Assembly: GCA_963824995.1 (NCBI GenBank)
Contig: CAWGRK010000004.1
Location: 62,001 to 106,445, forward strand
Length of the DNA stretch: 44,445 nucleotides
Source of the DNA: an uncultured Actinomycetes bacterium
GTDB lineage: Bacteria; Actinomycetota; Acidimicrobiia; Spongiisociales; DATADW01
Direction: 5' to 3'
Each line of letters starts with the position of its first letter. Positions within the stretch are counted from its first letter, which is position 1. The notes under the pieces are model-generated. The model had not been told where the DNA came from and did no database searches. It saw only the letters and a program-made list of their open reading frames with translations. Shown here one piece after another: positions 18,509 through 29,310 of this stretch. The position numbers and the translations under genes are program-made.

Positions 18509-20968
18509 CAGGATCTTCGGGGACGGTCGACTCGGCGAGACAGGCGGTCCGCAAGGTCCTGCGCAACGCCCGCGACGTCAACAAATGGCGCAAGATCGTC
18601 AAGGTCCGGCTGTGGATGCCGGTGGCGCTTCAGGTGCTGCTGATCCTCGCCGTCGTCTGGTATACGAACTCGCGTTTCCCCGGATTCGTCAACACGACGA
18701 ACGTCGCCAACATCCTCCTGCTGACCATCCCGCTGGCGGTGGCGGCGATGGCGCAGACCCACGCTCTGCTCGTCGGCTACCTCGACCTCTCGGTCGGGTC
18801 GATGATCAGCCTGGGAGTGGTGATCGCCTCTTTCCTCATACCGACCGGGGCGAGCGGCACCCAGATCCTGATCGGCAGCGCGGCGGTGCTGCTCGCAGGC
18901 ATCCTGGTCGGCTTGGTCAACGCCGGCCTGGTCCGCGGGGTGAAGATCCCTTCGATCATCGCCACGCTCGCCACCCTCAGCATCCTCGACGGGATCTCGC
19001 TCACATTGCGACCGGCGCCGGGCGGCGCCATCGACCCCGGGTTCCTATCCATGCTCCGCGGTGGCATCGGTCCGGTGCCCGTAGCGTTCATCGCTGTACT
19101 GGTCGGGGCCGGGCTGCTCGACGTATGGCTGCACTCGAGTGGGTCGGGACTCCAGCTTCGGTCGGTCGGATTCGACGAGCGGTCGGCCAAACGGGGCGGC
19201 GTCCGCACCAACTGGATCAGGGTCCGAGCCCTTCTCCTCTCGGCCCTGTTCGCCGCCATCGCCGCCTTCTTCGTGATGGCACGTTCCGGCGTCGGCAACG
19301 CCCAGATCGGGAGCAGTTACACCCTGAACAGCATCGCAGCTGCGGTGCTCGGCGGAGCGGCCCTCACCGGGGGAAGGGCCACGTTCATCGGTGGCGTCGT
19401 CGCCGCCCTGCTGCTTGCACTGATCATCACCGTGGTCCCTTTCCTCGGGCTGAGCGCCGACTACGGACTGTTGATCATCGGCGTTCTCGTCCTCATCGGG
19501 ATCGTGCTGTTCCAGGTGGGGGATATCAAGGAGTTGGTCAAGCGGAACTACCGGCGAGCCCGCCGCATCGTCATCGGGAGCGAGCCGCCCGAGGAAACCG
19601 CGCTCCCCGATCTGTATCCCGCCGGGACCGACTTCAGGGTGGTGCCGACGGGGAGGAAGCTGATCAAGGGTGGGATCGTGCTCTCGCTCGACCGCGAAGG
19701 TGGGCGATTTCGCCGAAGGCGATGTGCTCATCGAGCAGGATCGAATAGCGGCAGTCGGGCCAGGGCTCGCCGTCGACGGGGCCGAGGTGATCGACGCCTC
19801 GGGGATGATCGTCCTCCCCGGTTTCGTGGATTCCCACCGCCACATCTGGGAGGGCATCCTCCGCAACATCGGGACCGATGTGCCCTTGGAGGGGAGAACC
19901 AGCTACATCTCGTTCGTCCTTCACAAACTGGCGCCCGCATTCCGCCCCGAGGACGCCTACATCGGGGATCTGGTGAGCGCCCTCGGCGCCATCGACGCCG
20001 GGATCACCACTCTCCTCGACTGGTCGCACATCCAGGCTTCGCCTGCCCACACCGACGCAGTGGTCGAGGCGCTCAAGGACTCTGGTCTGCGTGCGGTGTT
20101 CGCATACGGATTCCCCTGGTGGGGCAAGTGGGAGGAGCGCCAGCCCAGTTGGTTCGTCCGCGCCGCCACCGAGTACTTCTCGACCAAGGACCAGAAGCTG
20201 ACCCTCGCCCTGGCCGCCCCTGGCCCGGAGTTCACCGACTTCGAGGTTTCCCGCGACCACTGGAAGCTGGCGCGGGAGACCGCGGCGCGGATCACCACCC
20301 ATGTCGGTGTCGGGACCTACGGCCAGGACGCCAAGGTCCAGGAGATGGGTGCCGCCGGCCTCCTCGGCCCCGACACCACCTACATCCACTGCACCACCCT
20401 CAACGACACCGAGATCCAGATGATCGTCGACACCGGCGGCACAGTGTCCCTCGCCTCACCGGTGGAGATGATGATGGGTCACGGCATGCCGCCGATTCAG
20501 AAGTTCCTCGATCGCGGGCTTCGGCCGAGTCTCAGCGTCGACGTCGAGACCAACGTCCCCGCCGACATGTTCAACCAGATGCGCTCGGTGCTCACCCTGC
20601 AGCGGTCCATTGCAGCGGCCCAGGGAAAGCCGCCGGTCTCGATGCGCGAGGTCCTCGAGTACGCCACGGTGGAGGGGGCGCGCGCCAACGGGTTGGACGA
20701 CAAGGTCGGCAGCCTGACCCCGGGCAAGCAGGCCGACGTGATCATGCTGCGAACCGATCGGATGAACGTGACCCCTCTCAACGATCCCACCACTGCGGTG
20801 GTGGTCGGGATGGACACCGGAAACGTGGACACCGTTCTCATCGCAGGGCAGGTGATGAAGCGCCACGGCAAGCTCCTCCACGTCGACTGGGAAGCGGTCA
20901 AGGGGGCGGTGCTCGAGTCGCGCGACTACGTGGTCAAGAAGTCCGGTTTCAACCTCCCCAAGATCTGA
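18505..20968 (+). CDS. RbsC-like ABC permease fused to a C-terminal amidohydrolase; one-base insertion near 19694
   Basis: The permease frame runs without a stop into RKLIKGGIVLSLD, the first strand of an amidohydrolase. Removing one base gives LDPKVGDFAEGDVLIE...PGFVDSHRH...TTHVG...YIHCT...SVDVET...GSLTPGKQADV, ending at 20968. Confidence 0.8.
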
Positions 20969-20995
20969 CTGCGGTGGAGCATCGCAAGTGGTCGT

Positions 20996-21087
20996 TCATC
21001 TCAGGCTGAACGGCGGATAAAGGTCGGTGACGAGGAGGAAGACGTAATCGACCTCGAACCGCGTTACTGCTCGGACGGGGTAACCAT
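20996..21087 (-). pseudogene. Internally deleted remnant resembling a DUF4389 membrane-protein gene
   Basis: AAGGAGG RBS and ATG 21087 (MVTPSEQ*). In a shifted frame, RFEVDY is joined directly to VFLLVTDLYPPFSLR*, resembling the N- and C-terminal ends of that family as I recall them. Confidence 0.45.
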
Positions 21088-21169
21088 TCGGCCTCCTTCG
21101 TGGAGCGATCGACCCTACGGCCCGGCGGAGTATCCGATCAAGAGGAGGATTCCGTTTGGGAACGGCCGC

Positions 21170-21197
21170 TTGACACTTTCCTATATCGGAATATGAT
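21170..21197 (+). promoter_or_regulatory. Sigma70-type promoter for a leaderless arsR transcript, with a palindromic operator in the spacer
   Basis: TTGACA (21170-21175), 16-bp spacer, TATGAT (21192-21197), ATG at 21204. TTCCTATATCGGAA (21178-21191) is a 12/14 palindrome. Confidence 0.75.
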
Positions 21198-21203
21198 CAG
21201 CCC

Positions 21204-21560
21204 ATGGCGCGAGCCGCTACCACGTCCGACGCCTTCAACGCCATCGCCGAACCCAACCGGCGCGCCATCCTCACCCTGCTGAGGGGAAACGAGCGCCCTG
21301 TCGGTGATGTGGCGTTGTCGCTCGGGCTGAACCAGCCGGCGGCATCGAAGCATCTCAAGGTCCTACGCCAGGTGGGGCTCGTCTACGCAAGGCGAGCGGG
21401 TAGGCAGAAGCTCTACGGTCTCGACGCCCGCGGGCTCGAGCCCGTGCATGAGTGGACCGGAGGCTTCGAGGAGTTTTGGCAGCAGAGCTTCGAGCGCCTC
21501 AACGAGTACGTGAAGGAACGGCAACGAGAGGAGCGGCAAGATGGCGAGCGTCGCCAATAG
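21204..21560 (+). CDS. ArsR/SmtB family transcriptional regulator
   Basis: DAFNAIAEPNRRAIL, QPAASKHLKVLRQVGLV; paired with an SRPBCC gene. Confidence 0.92.
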   Translation: MARAATTSDAFNAIAEPNRRAILTLLRGNERPVGDVALSLGLNQPAASKHLKVLRQVGLVYARRAGRQKLYGLDARGLEPVHEWTGGFEEFWQQSFERLNEYVKERQREERQDGERRQ

Positions 21561-22038
21561 CGAGACATCACCGGACCGGGAGATCGTCGTCTCCCGACTC
21601 ATCGATGGTCCCCCAGACCTCGTGTTCGAGGCTTTCACCGATCCGGGCCACCTCGACCGGTGGTACGGGCCGAATGGCTTCACTGTCACCACGCACGCCT
21701 TCGAGTTCCGGCCGGGTGGCACCTGGGACTTCACCATGCACGGACCAGACGGCACCGACTATCCGAACTGGATCGAGTGGCTCGAAATATCCCCGCCAGA
21801 GCGGATCATCTACCGCCACGGCGAGAATCGCGACGATCCCGAGTCGTTCACCACCACCGTCACCATCGCCGCCAGGGATGACCGAACCGAGATCAAGCTC
21901 CGGTCGATCCTCGAAACCAGCGCCCAGCGCGACAAGGCGATCCAGGACGGCGCCGTCGAGGGCGGCGAGCAGACGCTCGGACGTTTGGCGGAGTTCGTCG
22001 CGGTGCGAAGCGGGGATGCGACTGGAAGGGAAAGCTGA
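21541..22038 (+). CDS. SRPBCC/AHSA1-like ligand-binding protein
   Basis: REIVVSRLIDGPPDLVFEAFTDP, WYGPNGF, FRPGGTWDFTMHGPDGTDYPN. Confidence 0.9.
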   Translation: MASVANSETSPDREIVVSRLIDGPPDLVFEAFTDPGHLDRWYGPNGFTVTTHAFEFRPGGTWDFTMHGPDGTDYPNWIEWLEISPPERIIYRHGENRDDPESFTTTVTIAARDDRTEIKLRSILETSAQRDKAIQDGAVEGGEQTLGRLAEFVAVRSGDATGRES

Positions 22039-22158
22039 CAGGACGGGTCAAACCTCCCTGATCGGTCGGCGGCGGGCAGGGACGAACCCAGCGGTTGCCC
22101 TACGAATCAGCCGGAACAACACGACCGGCTCGACATCCTCGAGAAGCAGCGATGTGTC

Positions 22159-22213
22159 TTGACCACATCGAAGCGCGTCCAATATGCTGGATCCATGTCC
22201 AACAATGCGGAAC
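22159..22213 (+). promoter_or_regulatory. Leaderless promoter and candidate IclR operators for the CoA-transferase operon
   Basis: TTGACC (22159-22164), 18 bp, TATGCT (22183-22188), ATG 22195. Motifs GTCCAATATGCTGGAT (22177-22192) and GTCCAACAATGCGGAAC (22197-22213). Confidence 0.6.
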
Positions 22214-23416
22214 AACGCACTGATGGAACGCGGAGCGGGCCGCTGTCGGACCTGCGGATCCTCGAACTGGGGACATTGATCGCCGGCCCCTTTGCCGGGC
22301 GCCTGTTCGCGGACTTCGGTGCCGAGGTCATCAAGGTCGAGCACCCGGACCGCGGAGACCCCCTGCGCAGTTGGGGGATGACCTGGGACGGTACCAATTC
22401 GTTGTGGCACCTCGTCCAATCGCGTGGGAAGTACTCCGTCACCGCCGACCTGAATGAGGCAAAGGACCAGGCGTTCGTTTGGCAGCTGGCCGTCGAAAGC
22501 GACATCCTCATAGAGAACTTCCGCCCAGGCAGGCTGGAGAAGTGGAATCTGGATCCCCAGGATCTGATGGAGGCCAATTCGGGGCTGATCGTGGTTCGGA
22601 TCTCGGGCTATGGGCAAACAGGTCCACTGAAAAACCAGCCGGCATTCGGCACCATTGCTGAAGCTGCCAGTGGGCTGCGACTGATCACCGGGGAACCAGA
22701 TCTACCCCCGATGCGGGTCGGACTCAGCCTCGGCGATTCCATCGCTTCGCTGCATGCCGTGATCGGCGCCCTCATAGCACTCCACGAACGCCAGAGGTCT
22801 GGTCGCGGCCAGGTCGTGGACGTGGCACTGACCGAGTCGGTCTTTGCCATGATGGAGGGAATCCTTCCCGAATTCGCCTACCACGGCGCGGTACGCCAAA
22901 GAACCGGGAACATCGCTCACAACTCGGCGCCAACTAATGCCTATCCCTGTGCCGATGGGAACATGGTGTGCATCGCCGCCAACACCCCGGGGCCGTTTCG
23001 AGCACTGGTCCGGATCCTGGGTAGAGATGACTATGCAAACGACCCATCTCTGGAGACCAACGAGGCCCGAGTGGCGCGCTCTGATGAGCTGAGACGCGGC
23101 GATCGCTGCTTGGACGAGAACACGGACGGTCGACGAGATCGTCGAGATCCTCCGCGATCAGGAGGTACCGGTCAGCCCCATCAACAGCATCGCTGACATC
23201 GTCTCTGATCCGCAGTTTCGCGAGCGCGGCGTCATCGTGGAGGTCGAAGACGAGCGGCTCGATCGACCGCTGCTGGTGCCAGGGGTGGTGCCGAAGCTCT
23301 CACGGACCCCGGGGGCGGTGCCCGCGCTCGGACAGCACCTGGGAGAGGCGTCTGAGGAGATGCGAGCCCACTTCGCGCCGCGTGGCGGCGGAGACCCAGA
23401 TAGCCCAGGTCGGTGA
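22195..23416 (+). CDS. Family III (CaiB/BaiF) CoA-transferase; indel near 23090
   Basis: LRILELGTLIAGPFAGRLFADFGAEVIKVE, LIENFRPG, ISGYGQTGP. The C-terminus continues in another frame (AAIAAWTR...VSPINSIADIVSDPQF...PGVVPKLSRTPG...LGQH) to TGA 23416. Confidence 0.9.
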
Positions 23417-24390
23417 GTGTGGGATTGGTTGAGACATTTCGCGGGCCGGTCAGCTCCGACCGACTCGGTACGACACTGATCCACGAGCACATCTTCGTTC
23501 GCAATCCCGAGCTTGAAATGAACCTCCCGGACGGTGAGTGGGATCCACCCGCTGCGATCGAGACGGCTGTCGAGGGCCTCACCACCCTCTACGGGGACGG
23601 CGTCGGCACCGTGGTCGACTTGACCGTTCCGGGGTTGGGCCGGGACGTGCGGCTCGTCGCCCGGGTAGCGGAGCGAGTCCAAGTCAATCTCATCGCCGCC
23701 ACCGGCTGGTACACCCCAAACGTGTTGCCCACGTACTTCCGGTACCACGGTCCCGGGCGGAGGATCGACCACCCAGACCGACTCGTGGAACTCTTCATCA
23801 GTGACATCCGCGACGGTATCTCTGGTAGCAACGTGCGAGCCGGCATGCTCAAGGTGGTGGCCGATGAAGAGGGCTTCACGCCCGACGTCGCCCGAGTCTT
23901 CTCAGCAGCAGCTGTCGCCCACCAGGAGACCGGCGTGACGATCACGACCCACTCACACCCGGCGTCGCGGAATGGACTCGATGAGCAGGCATTCCTGAGC
24001 AAGCGCGGAGTATCCGCCGAGCACGTCATCATCGGCCACTCCGGTGACAGCGAGGACCTCGATTACCTGCGTGAGCTGATGGACAACGGATCCACCATCG
24101 GCATGGACCGGTTCGGCATGGAGCATGTCCTCCCCGATGAACGAAGAGTTCGAACGGTGGTGATGCTCCTCGAGCTCGGCTACGCCGATCGTATGGTGCT
24201 CTCCCAGGACGCTGCCTTCTACAGCCACGTCACGCCGCCATCGTGGCGCGCCGCATCAGCGCCGCACTGGAAGATGGGCACGGTTACCAAGCGGATAATC
24301 CCGATGCTGCAAGACGCCGGGGTGTCCGCGGACGAGCTCACTCAGATGCTCGTGGCCAACCCCCGACGTTTGCTGGAGAAGGTGACATGA
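23413..24390 (+). CDS. Phosphotriesterase-like (PTE/PLL) metallo-lactonase family protein
   Basis: TLIHEHIF, VDLTVPGLGRD, AATGWY, MLKV, ITTHS, IIGHSGD, GMDRFG, LSQD. Confidence 0.9.
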   Translation: MSVGLVETFRGPVSSDRLGTTLIHEHIFVRNPELEMNLPDGEWDPPAAIETAVEGLTTLYGDGVGTVVDLTVPGLGRDVRLVARVAERVQVNLIAATGWYTPNVLPTYFRYHGPGRRIDHPDRLVELFISDIRDGISGSNVRAGMLKVVADEEGFTPDVARVFSAAAVAHQETGVTITTHSHPASRNGLDEQAFLSKRGVSAEHVIIGHSGDSEDLDYLRELMDNGSTIGMDRFGMEHVLPDERRVRTVVMLLELGYADRMVLSQDAAFYSHVTPPSWRAASAPHWKMGTVTKRIIPMLQDAGVSADELTQMLVANPRRLLEKVT

Positions 24391-25362
24391 AAGCGGCGCT
24401 ACTCGTCGAGCCGGGGAAGGTGGCGATCGATGACGTCCCCGACCTGGTAGCCGGACCAGGGGAAGTGAGGATCAGGGTGGGCGGCGTCGGCTTGTGCGGC
24501 TCGGACATGGCCGTGTTCAGCGGCCGATGGGAAGCGCCGACCTATCCATGGATCATGGGTCACGAGGCCTTCGGTGACATCGACGCGGTCGGGCCGGATA
24601 TCTCGCCCGATCGCATCGGTCGGACGGTCGTGGTCGAACCGAACGTTGCCTGCTTCGCCTGCGATCAATGCAGCCGCGGTTGGACCTCGGCTTGTGCCGA
24701 CCGGCAATCGGTCGGCATGAATCGCCCCGGTGCCCTCGCAGAGCAGTTGGTAGTCCCGAACTCGTTCGCTTGGACGGCCCCCGACGTCCGCTTCACGGAT
24801 CTCGTGGGCGTAGAGCCGACGACCGTGGCCATGGCGGCGCTCCGCCGTTTGGGGACGGCGCAGCCCGACGCCGCTTTGGTGGTCGGGTCCGGGGCCCAGG
24901 GCCTGACGATGTCACTCGTTCTCCTGGAGCGTGGCGTTGTCGTGTATGCCGACGACGTCAACCAGGCCCGCGTTGCCCTGGCGATCGACCTGGGTGCTCT
25001 CCCGGCAGCCACCGACGGCACTCGGCGTTTCCCCCTCGTCGTCGACACGGTGGGGTCGCCGTCATCGATGACGGTCGCGCTCGACCGCGTCGAGGTCGGC
25101 GGCACATTGCTCTGCCTGGGACTCGACAGCAGTCCATTGGAGCTCAGCGCTCAGACCATGGTCCGCCGCCAGCTGACTCTGCGCGGCTCGCTGACCTACG
25201 ACCATCCCGGCGACTTCGCGACTGCCATCGCCATGATCGCCGAAGGCAGGCTCGCCCCGGGCCGGATCGTCACCGACGAATACCCATTGGACGGGACCCA
25301 GCTCGCCTTCGAAAGAAGCGGCGTCAGCACGCGGCAAGACCTGGATCCGTGTCGCAGCCTAA
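24387..25362 (+). CDS. Zinc-dependent medium-chain dehydrogenase; indel near 25321
   Basis: GLCGSD, MGHEAFG, structural Zn CFACDQCSRGWTSAC, VGSGAQG. Corrected end ARGKTWIRVAA* at TAA 25360-25362. Confidence 0.88.
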
Positions 25363-25373
25363 GACGACGCCAG

Positions 25374-25427
25374 TTGCGCCACCTGGAGCTGTCCCGTATG
25401 ATAGTTTGCTGTCCAACTATGTGGAAC
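25374..25427 (+). promoter_or_regulatory. Promoter and candidate IclR operator upstream of the TRAP operon
   Basis: TTGCGC (25374-25379), 17 bp, TATGAT (25397-25402). GTCCAACTATGTGGAAC at 25411-25427. Confidence 0.65.
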
Positions 25428-25473
25428 AGGGCTGTCTCGGCCGGTTTCCAAGGTGACGTAGAGGGAGGACGAA

Positions 25474-26545
25474 ATGAGCAAGCGACCGCGCATCCTCGCC
25501 CTTTTGCTGACGGTGCTTCTCGTACTCGCGGCGTGCGGCGACGGTGCGGCGAACGACGACCACCGGCGGAGCGACCACCGACACCACGGGGGCCGAGTCT
25601 GCGACGACCGCTGCAGCGGGGCAGGGCGAGGAGGGGGAACTCGTCCTCGCCCACAGCTACCAGGAAGGGCAGCCCCAGGTCGAGTGTGGCGCCAACGTCA
25701 TCAAAGAGATGACCGAGTCGGCCGACGTCGGGCTGACGATCGAGATCTTCGGTGACAGTCAGCTCGGTGGCGACGCCGACCGCGTCGAGTCGGTCATCTC
25801 GGGTGACATAGACATCGATATTCAGGGCGCGTCAGCCCTCAGCGCCGTTTACGAGCCGATGAGCGTGGTCGACGGAGCCTTCGTCTTCGAGGACAGCGAC
25901 CATCTGTACCAGTACTTCACCAGCGATGCCTCAGACGAGCTGACTCAGGGCTTCGAGGAGGCGACAGGCATTCACATCCTGGGTGCGTGGAACACGGGGG
26001 CCCGACAGTTCACGGCCAACGTGGCCATCCGCTCGCCTGAGGACCTCCAGGGCTTGCGGATGCGCTTTCCTCCGTCGCCTCAGTACCTTCTCAACGCCGA
26101 GGCCATGGGCGCCGAGCCGGTCGAGGTCGCTTTCGAGGAACTGTATCTGGCCCTCCAGCAGGGCACGGTCGACGGCCAAGAGAACCCGATCGTCAATATC
26201 GACGCGATCAATCTCGACGAGGTCCAGGACTTCCTGAGCATGTCGAGTCACCAACTCAGTTCCAACCTCGTGGTGATCAACGCCGAGACCTGGGGCGGGC
26301 TCAGCGCCGAGCAGCAGGGCGCCCTCGAAGCCGCGGTCGGAGAGGCCATGGTCCAGGAACCGGATTGCGCCGCAACCTCGGAGGAGGAGATCCTCGCCGG
26401 CTGGCGCGAGGGCGGCGAAATGGAGATCGTCGAAGACGTCGACCGCGAGGCGTTCATCGAGATGGCGGAGCCCTTCCTGCGTGACGCATGGTCGGAGGAG
26501 CAGATCGCTGTCCTGGATGCGATCCAATCCACCGCTGGGGGATAG
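25474..26545 (+). CDS. dctP: TRAP transporter substrate-binding lipoprotein; indel near 25551
   Basis: GGAGG RBS, lipobox VLAACG, then IFGDSQLGGD, GARQFTAN, DLQGLRMR, ELYLALQQGTVDGQENP. Confidence 0.9.
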
Positions 26546-26552
26546 AGCCGTC

Positions 26553-26583
26553 GATGGGGCCTGGGCTTTTCCCGGGCCCCATC
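26553..26583 (+). terminator. Stem-loop after dctP (mRNA stabiliser or attenuator)
   Basis: GATGGGGCCTGGG-CTTTT-CCCGGGCCCCATC, a 13-bp stem with one G-U pair. Confidence 0.65.
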
Positions 26584-26650
26584 TCGCCGTCGAAGCAGCC
26601 TATGGTCGTGAACGCGCCGGCGGCAGTGGCCCCCGGAGGATGACCTTCTG

Positions 26651-27270
26651 ATGGACCGAAAGCGACGACCCGTCGACCGCCGACGCGCCCGGATCACGAA
26701 CATCCGGCTGCCGAGCTCCATGCACTGGAGATCGAGGAGTCCGCTGCCGAGCCGCCACTCTTGCCCGCCCGGGAGCCGATGCGAACGATCTTCCGGGCGC
26801 TTGGCTTGTTGGAGCAGATCGTCGGTTCGCTGCTCCTGTTGCTGATTCTCGTCCTGGTCCTGGCCCAGGTCGCCCAGCGCTATCTGGCGTGGTCAGCACC
26901 GTGGACCGGTGAGCTCGCCCGCCTCTCGTTGGTATGGGTCACATTTCTCCTCGCCGGCTACCTGATGGCTTACGCCCCTCACCACATCACGATTCAGATC
27001 ATCGATTACGTGGCCAAGGGCCGCTGGCTGGCCGCAGTCAAGCTGTTCGTCAACCTCGTCATCCTTGGCCACCTGCCTCTTCCTGATATACGGCAGTTAC
27101 ACCCTGGTGACCAGCGGCGTCGATCAGGTCACGCCGGCCGGGGGGTTGTCGTTGCGCTTCGTCAACGCCGTGCCCCTTGTCGGGCTCGTCTTGGTGGTCG
27201 TGCGTGTGGTCCTGGCGATCGTGATCAGGGACGTCCCGGGACTACGGGTCGCGGCGAGGACACGGCATGA
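26651..27270 (+). CDS. dctQ: TRAP transporter small permease; at least two indels, start uncertain
   Basis: QVAQRYL...PWTGELARLSLVWVTFL...HITIQIID, then TPAGGLSLRFVNAVPLVG in the next frame. Lies between dctP and dctM. Confidence 0.8.
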
Positions 27271-28557
27271 GCGTGACGTTGCTGCTCATCGCGATGATCG
27301 TCCTATTCCTTTTGCGTGTCCCGATGGCATTTGCAATCTTCGGCCCTTCGGTCGTCTATTTCCTGGTCGAGGGCTATACACCGCACCTGGCGGTCCGGCT
27401 CGTCATGCAGGGGATCGACAGTTGGCCGCTCCTCGCCGTGCCGCTGTTCATCCTGGTGGGAATCGTGGCGACACGGACGGAGATCGCCGATCGGCTCTAC
27501 GACGCCGCCGTACTTTTCCTCGGGCCGCTTCGGGCCGGTCTGGCTTACGTGAACATCGCCGTCAGCCTTGGATTCTCCTGGATGAGCGGCGCGGCGCTGG
27601 CCGATGCCGCGGGGATCGGTTCCATCGAGGTCACCCACATGCGCAAGAAGGGCTACCCGGCAGAGTTCTCGGTAGGGCTCAGCGCCAGCTCCGCCCTGAT
27701 CAGCCCGATCATGCCGCCGAGCATCCCGGCGGTCGTGTTCGCCTCCGTCGCCGCGGTTTCCACAGGGGCGCTGTTCGTGGCTGCGGTGATTCCGGCGCTC
27801 CTCATGACCTTGGCGCTTGCAGCTTTGGTCTATTTGTGGGCGAGGCACAGGCCCGAGCTGGTCGGTGATCCGTATGACTGGAGTGCAGTCCGCCGAGCAC
27901 TCGTGCGCGCCCTCCCTCCGATGGTCGCTCCCGTGATCATCCTGGGAGGAATACTCGGTGGGTTCTTCACTCCCACTGAGGCCGCTGGGGTCGGGGCCCT
28001 CTACATGCTCTTGCTGGCGCTCTCCTACCGGACGTTGACCCTCAAGGACGTGGCCATCATCTTCCGCGACACCGCGGTCATCACTGCACAGATCATGTTC
28101 ATCATCGGAGCATCCGCCCTTCTGAGCTGGATCCTGGCACGGGAGCAGGTTCCGCAGAAGGTCGCCGAGGGACTCATCGACCTCACCGACAATCCCATCG
28201 TCTTCCTGCTCATCGTCAACGTCCTGCTGATCTTCCTCGGCATGCTGCTCGAGCCGACGTCTGCACTCATCATCGTGACGCCGATCTTGCTGCCGGTCGC
28301 GATCGCGTTCGGCGTCGAACCGATCCAACTGGGATCGATCATCATCTTCAACCTGATGATCGGGCTGCTGACGCCCCCGATGGGTGGAGTGGTCTTCGTC
28401 TTGAGCTCGGTCACCGGAATCCCGCTCGAACGCGTCTTCAAAGGCGCGGCTTACTTCCTGCCGCCCCTGGTGATCGTTCTGTTACTGATCACCTACGTTC
28501 CGCGCAATCACCCTCTGGCTCCCGGAAACGATCGGACTGTTGGGCGGGAATCCCTGA
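27267..28557 (+). CDS. dctM: TRAP transporter large permease; indel near 28503
   Basis: LLAVPLFILVG, MSGAALADAAGIG, IMPPSIP, FTPTEAA, IGLLTPPMG. Corrected end VPAITLWLPETIGLLGGNP* at 28557. Confidence 0.92.
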
Positions 28558-28558
28558 C

Positions 28559-29302
28559 GTGTCCGTCCTCGAGAAGGCAAGCGAACTCATCGACTGTCTC
28601 GGCCAGGTCGGCGAACCGGTCACGCTTGGTTACGTGCGCTCGGCTTTAGATATGCCCAAGTCGTCGACCCATCGGCTCCTCAACGACCTCGCCGCGCTGG
28701 GCATCGTTCGTCGAACCGACGATGGTCTCTACTCGCTCGGCCCTCGACTGCTCTACTGGGGCGAAGCCGCCGCCGACACGTTCGACCTTCGACTGGTGGC
28801 CGAACAACCGATGCGCAATTTGCGCGACGAATTGGGTGAGAGCGTCCACCTCTATGTCCGAGAGCACGACACACGGATCTGCATCGCGGCCGTCGAAGGA
28901 CGGCACGTGCTCCGACCATTCATCCAGTTGGGCCGGCCACTTGCCTCTTCGCGTTGGCGCGGCCGGCAAGCTGCTGCTGGCTTTTGCCGATCGTCAAGTC
29001 CAGGAGCTGGAACTCGATCGGGCGCGAGCGAGACGCTTCCAGCATGCCCAATGCCACGGGCGCCAAGCTGGACGAGCAGCTCGAGCAGATTCGCACCGAA
29101 CGGTGGGCGACGTCGATGGGCGAGCGTGAGGAAGGTGTCTCGGCCGCCGCCACGAGCGATTGTCGATGCCAGGGACCGCGTTGTGGCCGCCCTGTGCGTC
29201 TCTGCGCCAACCACGCGTCTCGACAGGGGACGGTTCGCCAAGTTGCGACAGCCCCTCGAGGACTGCGCCGCCGAGATCGGCGTCCTCCTCAGGAGCGGTT
29301 GA
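28559..29302 (+). CDS. IclR family transcriptional regulator; three indels between about 28945 and 29155
   Basis: HTH MPKSSTHRLLNDL, YSLGPRL, ELGESVHL. Then LPLRVGAAGKLLLAF, IRTERWATSMGEREEGVSA and AIVDARDRVVAALCVSAP in successive frames. Confidence 0.88.
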   Translation: MSVLEKASELIDCLGQVGEPVTLGYVRSALDMPKSSTHRLLNDLAALGIVRRTDDGLYSLGPRLLYWGEAAADTFDLRLVAEQPMRNLRDELGESVHLYVREHDTRICIAAVEGRHVLRPFIQLGRPLASSRWRGRQAAAGFCRSSSPGAGTRSGASETLPACPMPRAPSWTSSSSRFAPNGGRRRWASVRKVSRPPPRAIVDARDRVVAALCVSAPTTRLDRGRFAKLRQPLEDCAAEIGVLLRSG

Positions 29303-29310
29303 AATGCTCA

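Noticed and set aside
24243..25712. 489-aa ORF suggesting an extended or fused dehydrogenase
   Set aside because: The true start is 24387. The tail is read-through from an indel near 25321 across a promoter and the dctP start.
28940..29160. Programmed frameshifting in iclR or other split genes
   Set aside because: No slippery heptamers or consistent stimulatory structures were noticed. The pattern matches the window-wide indel noise.
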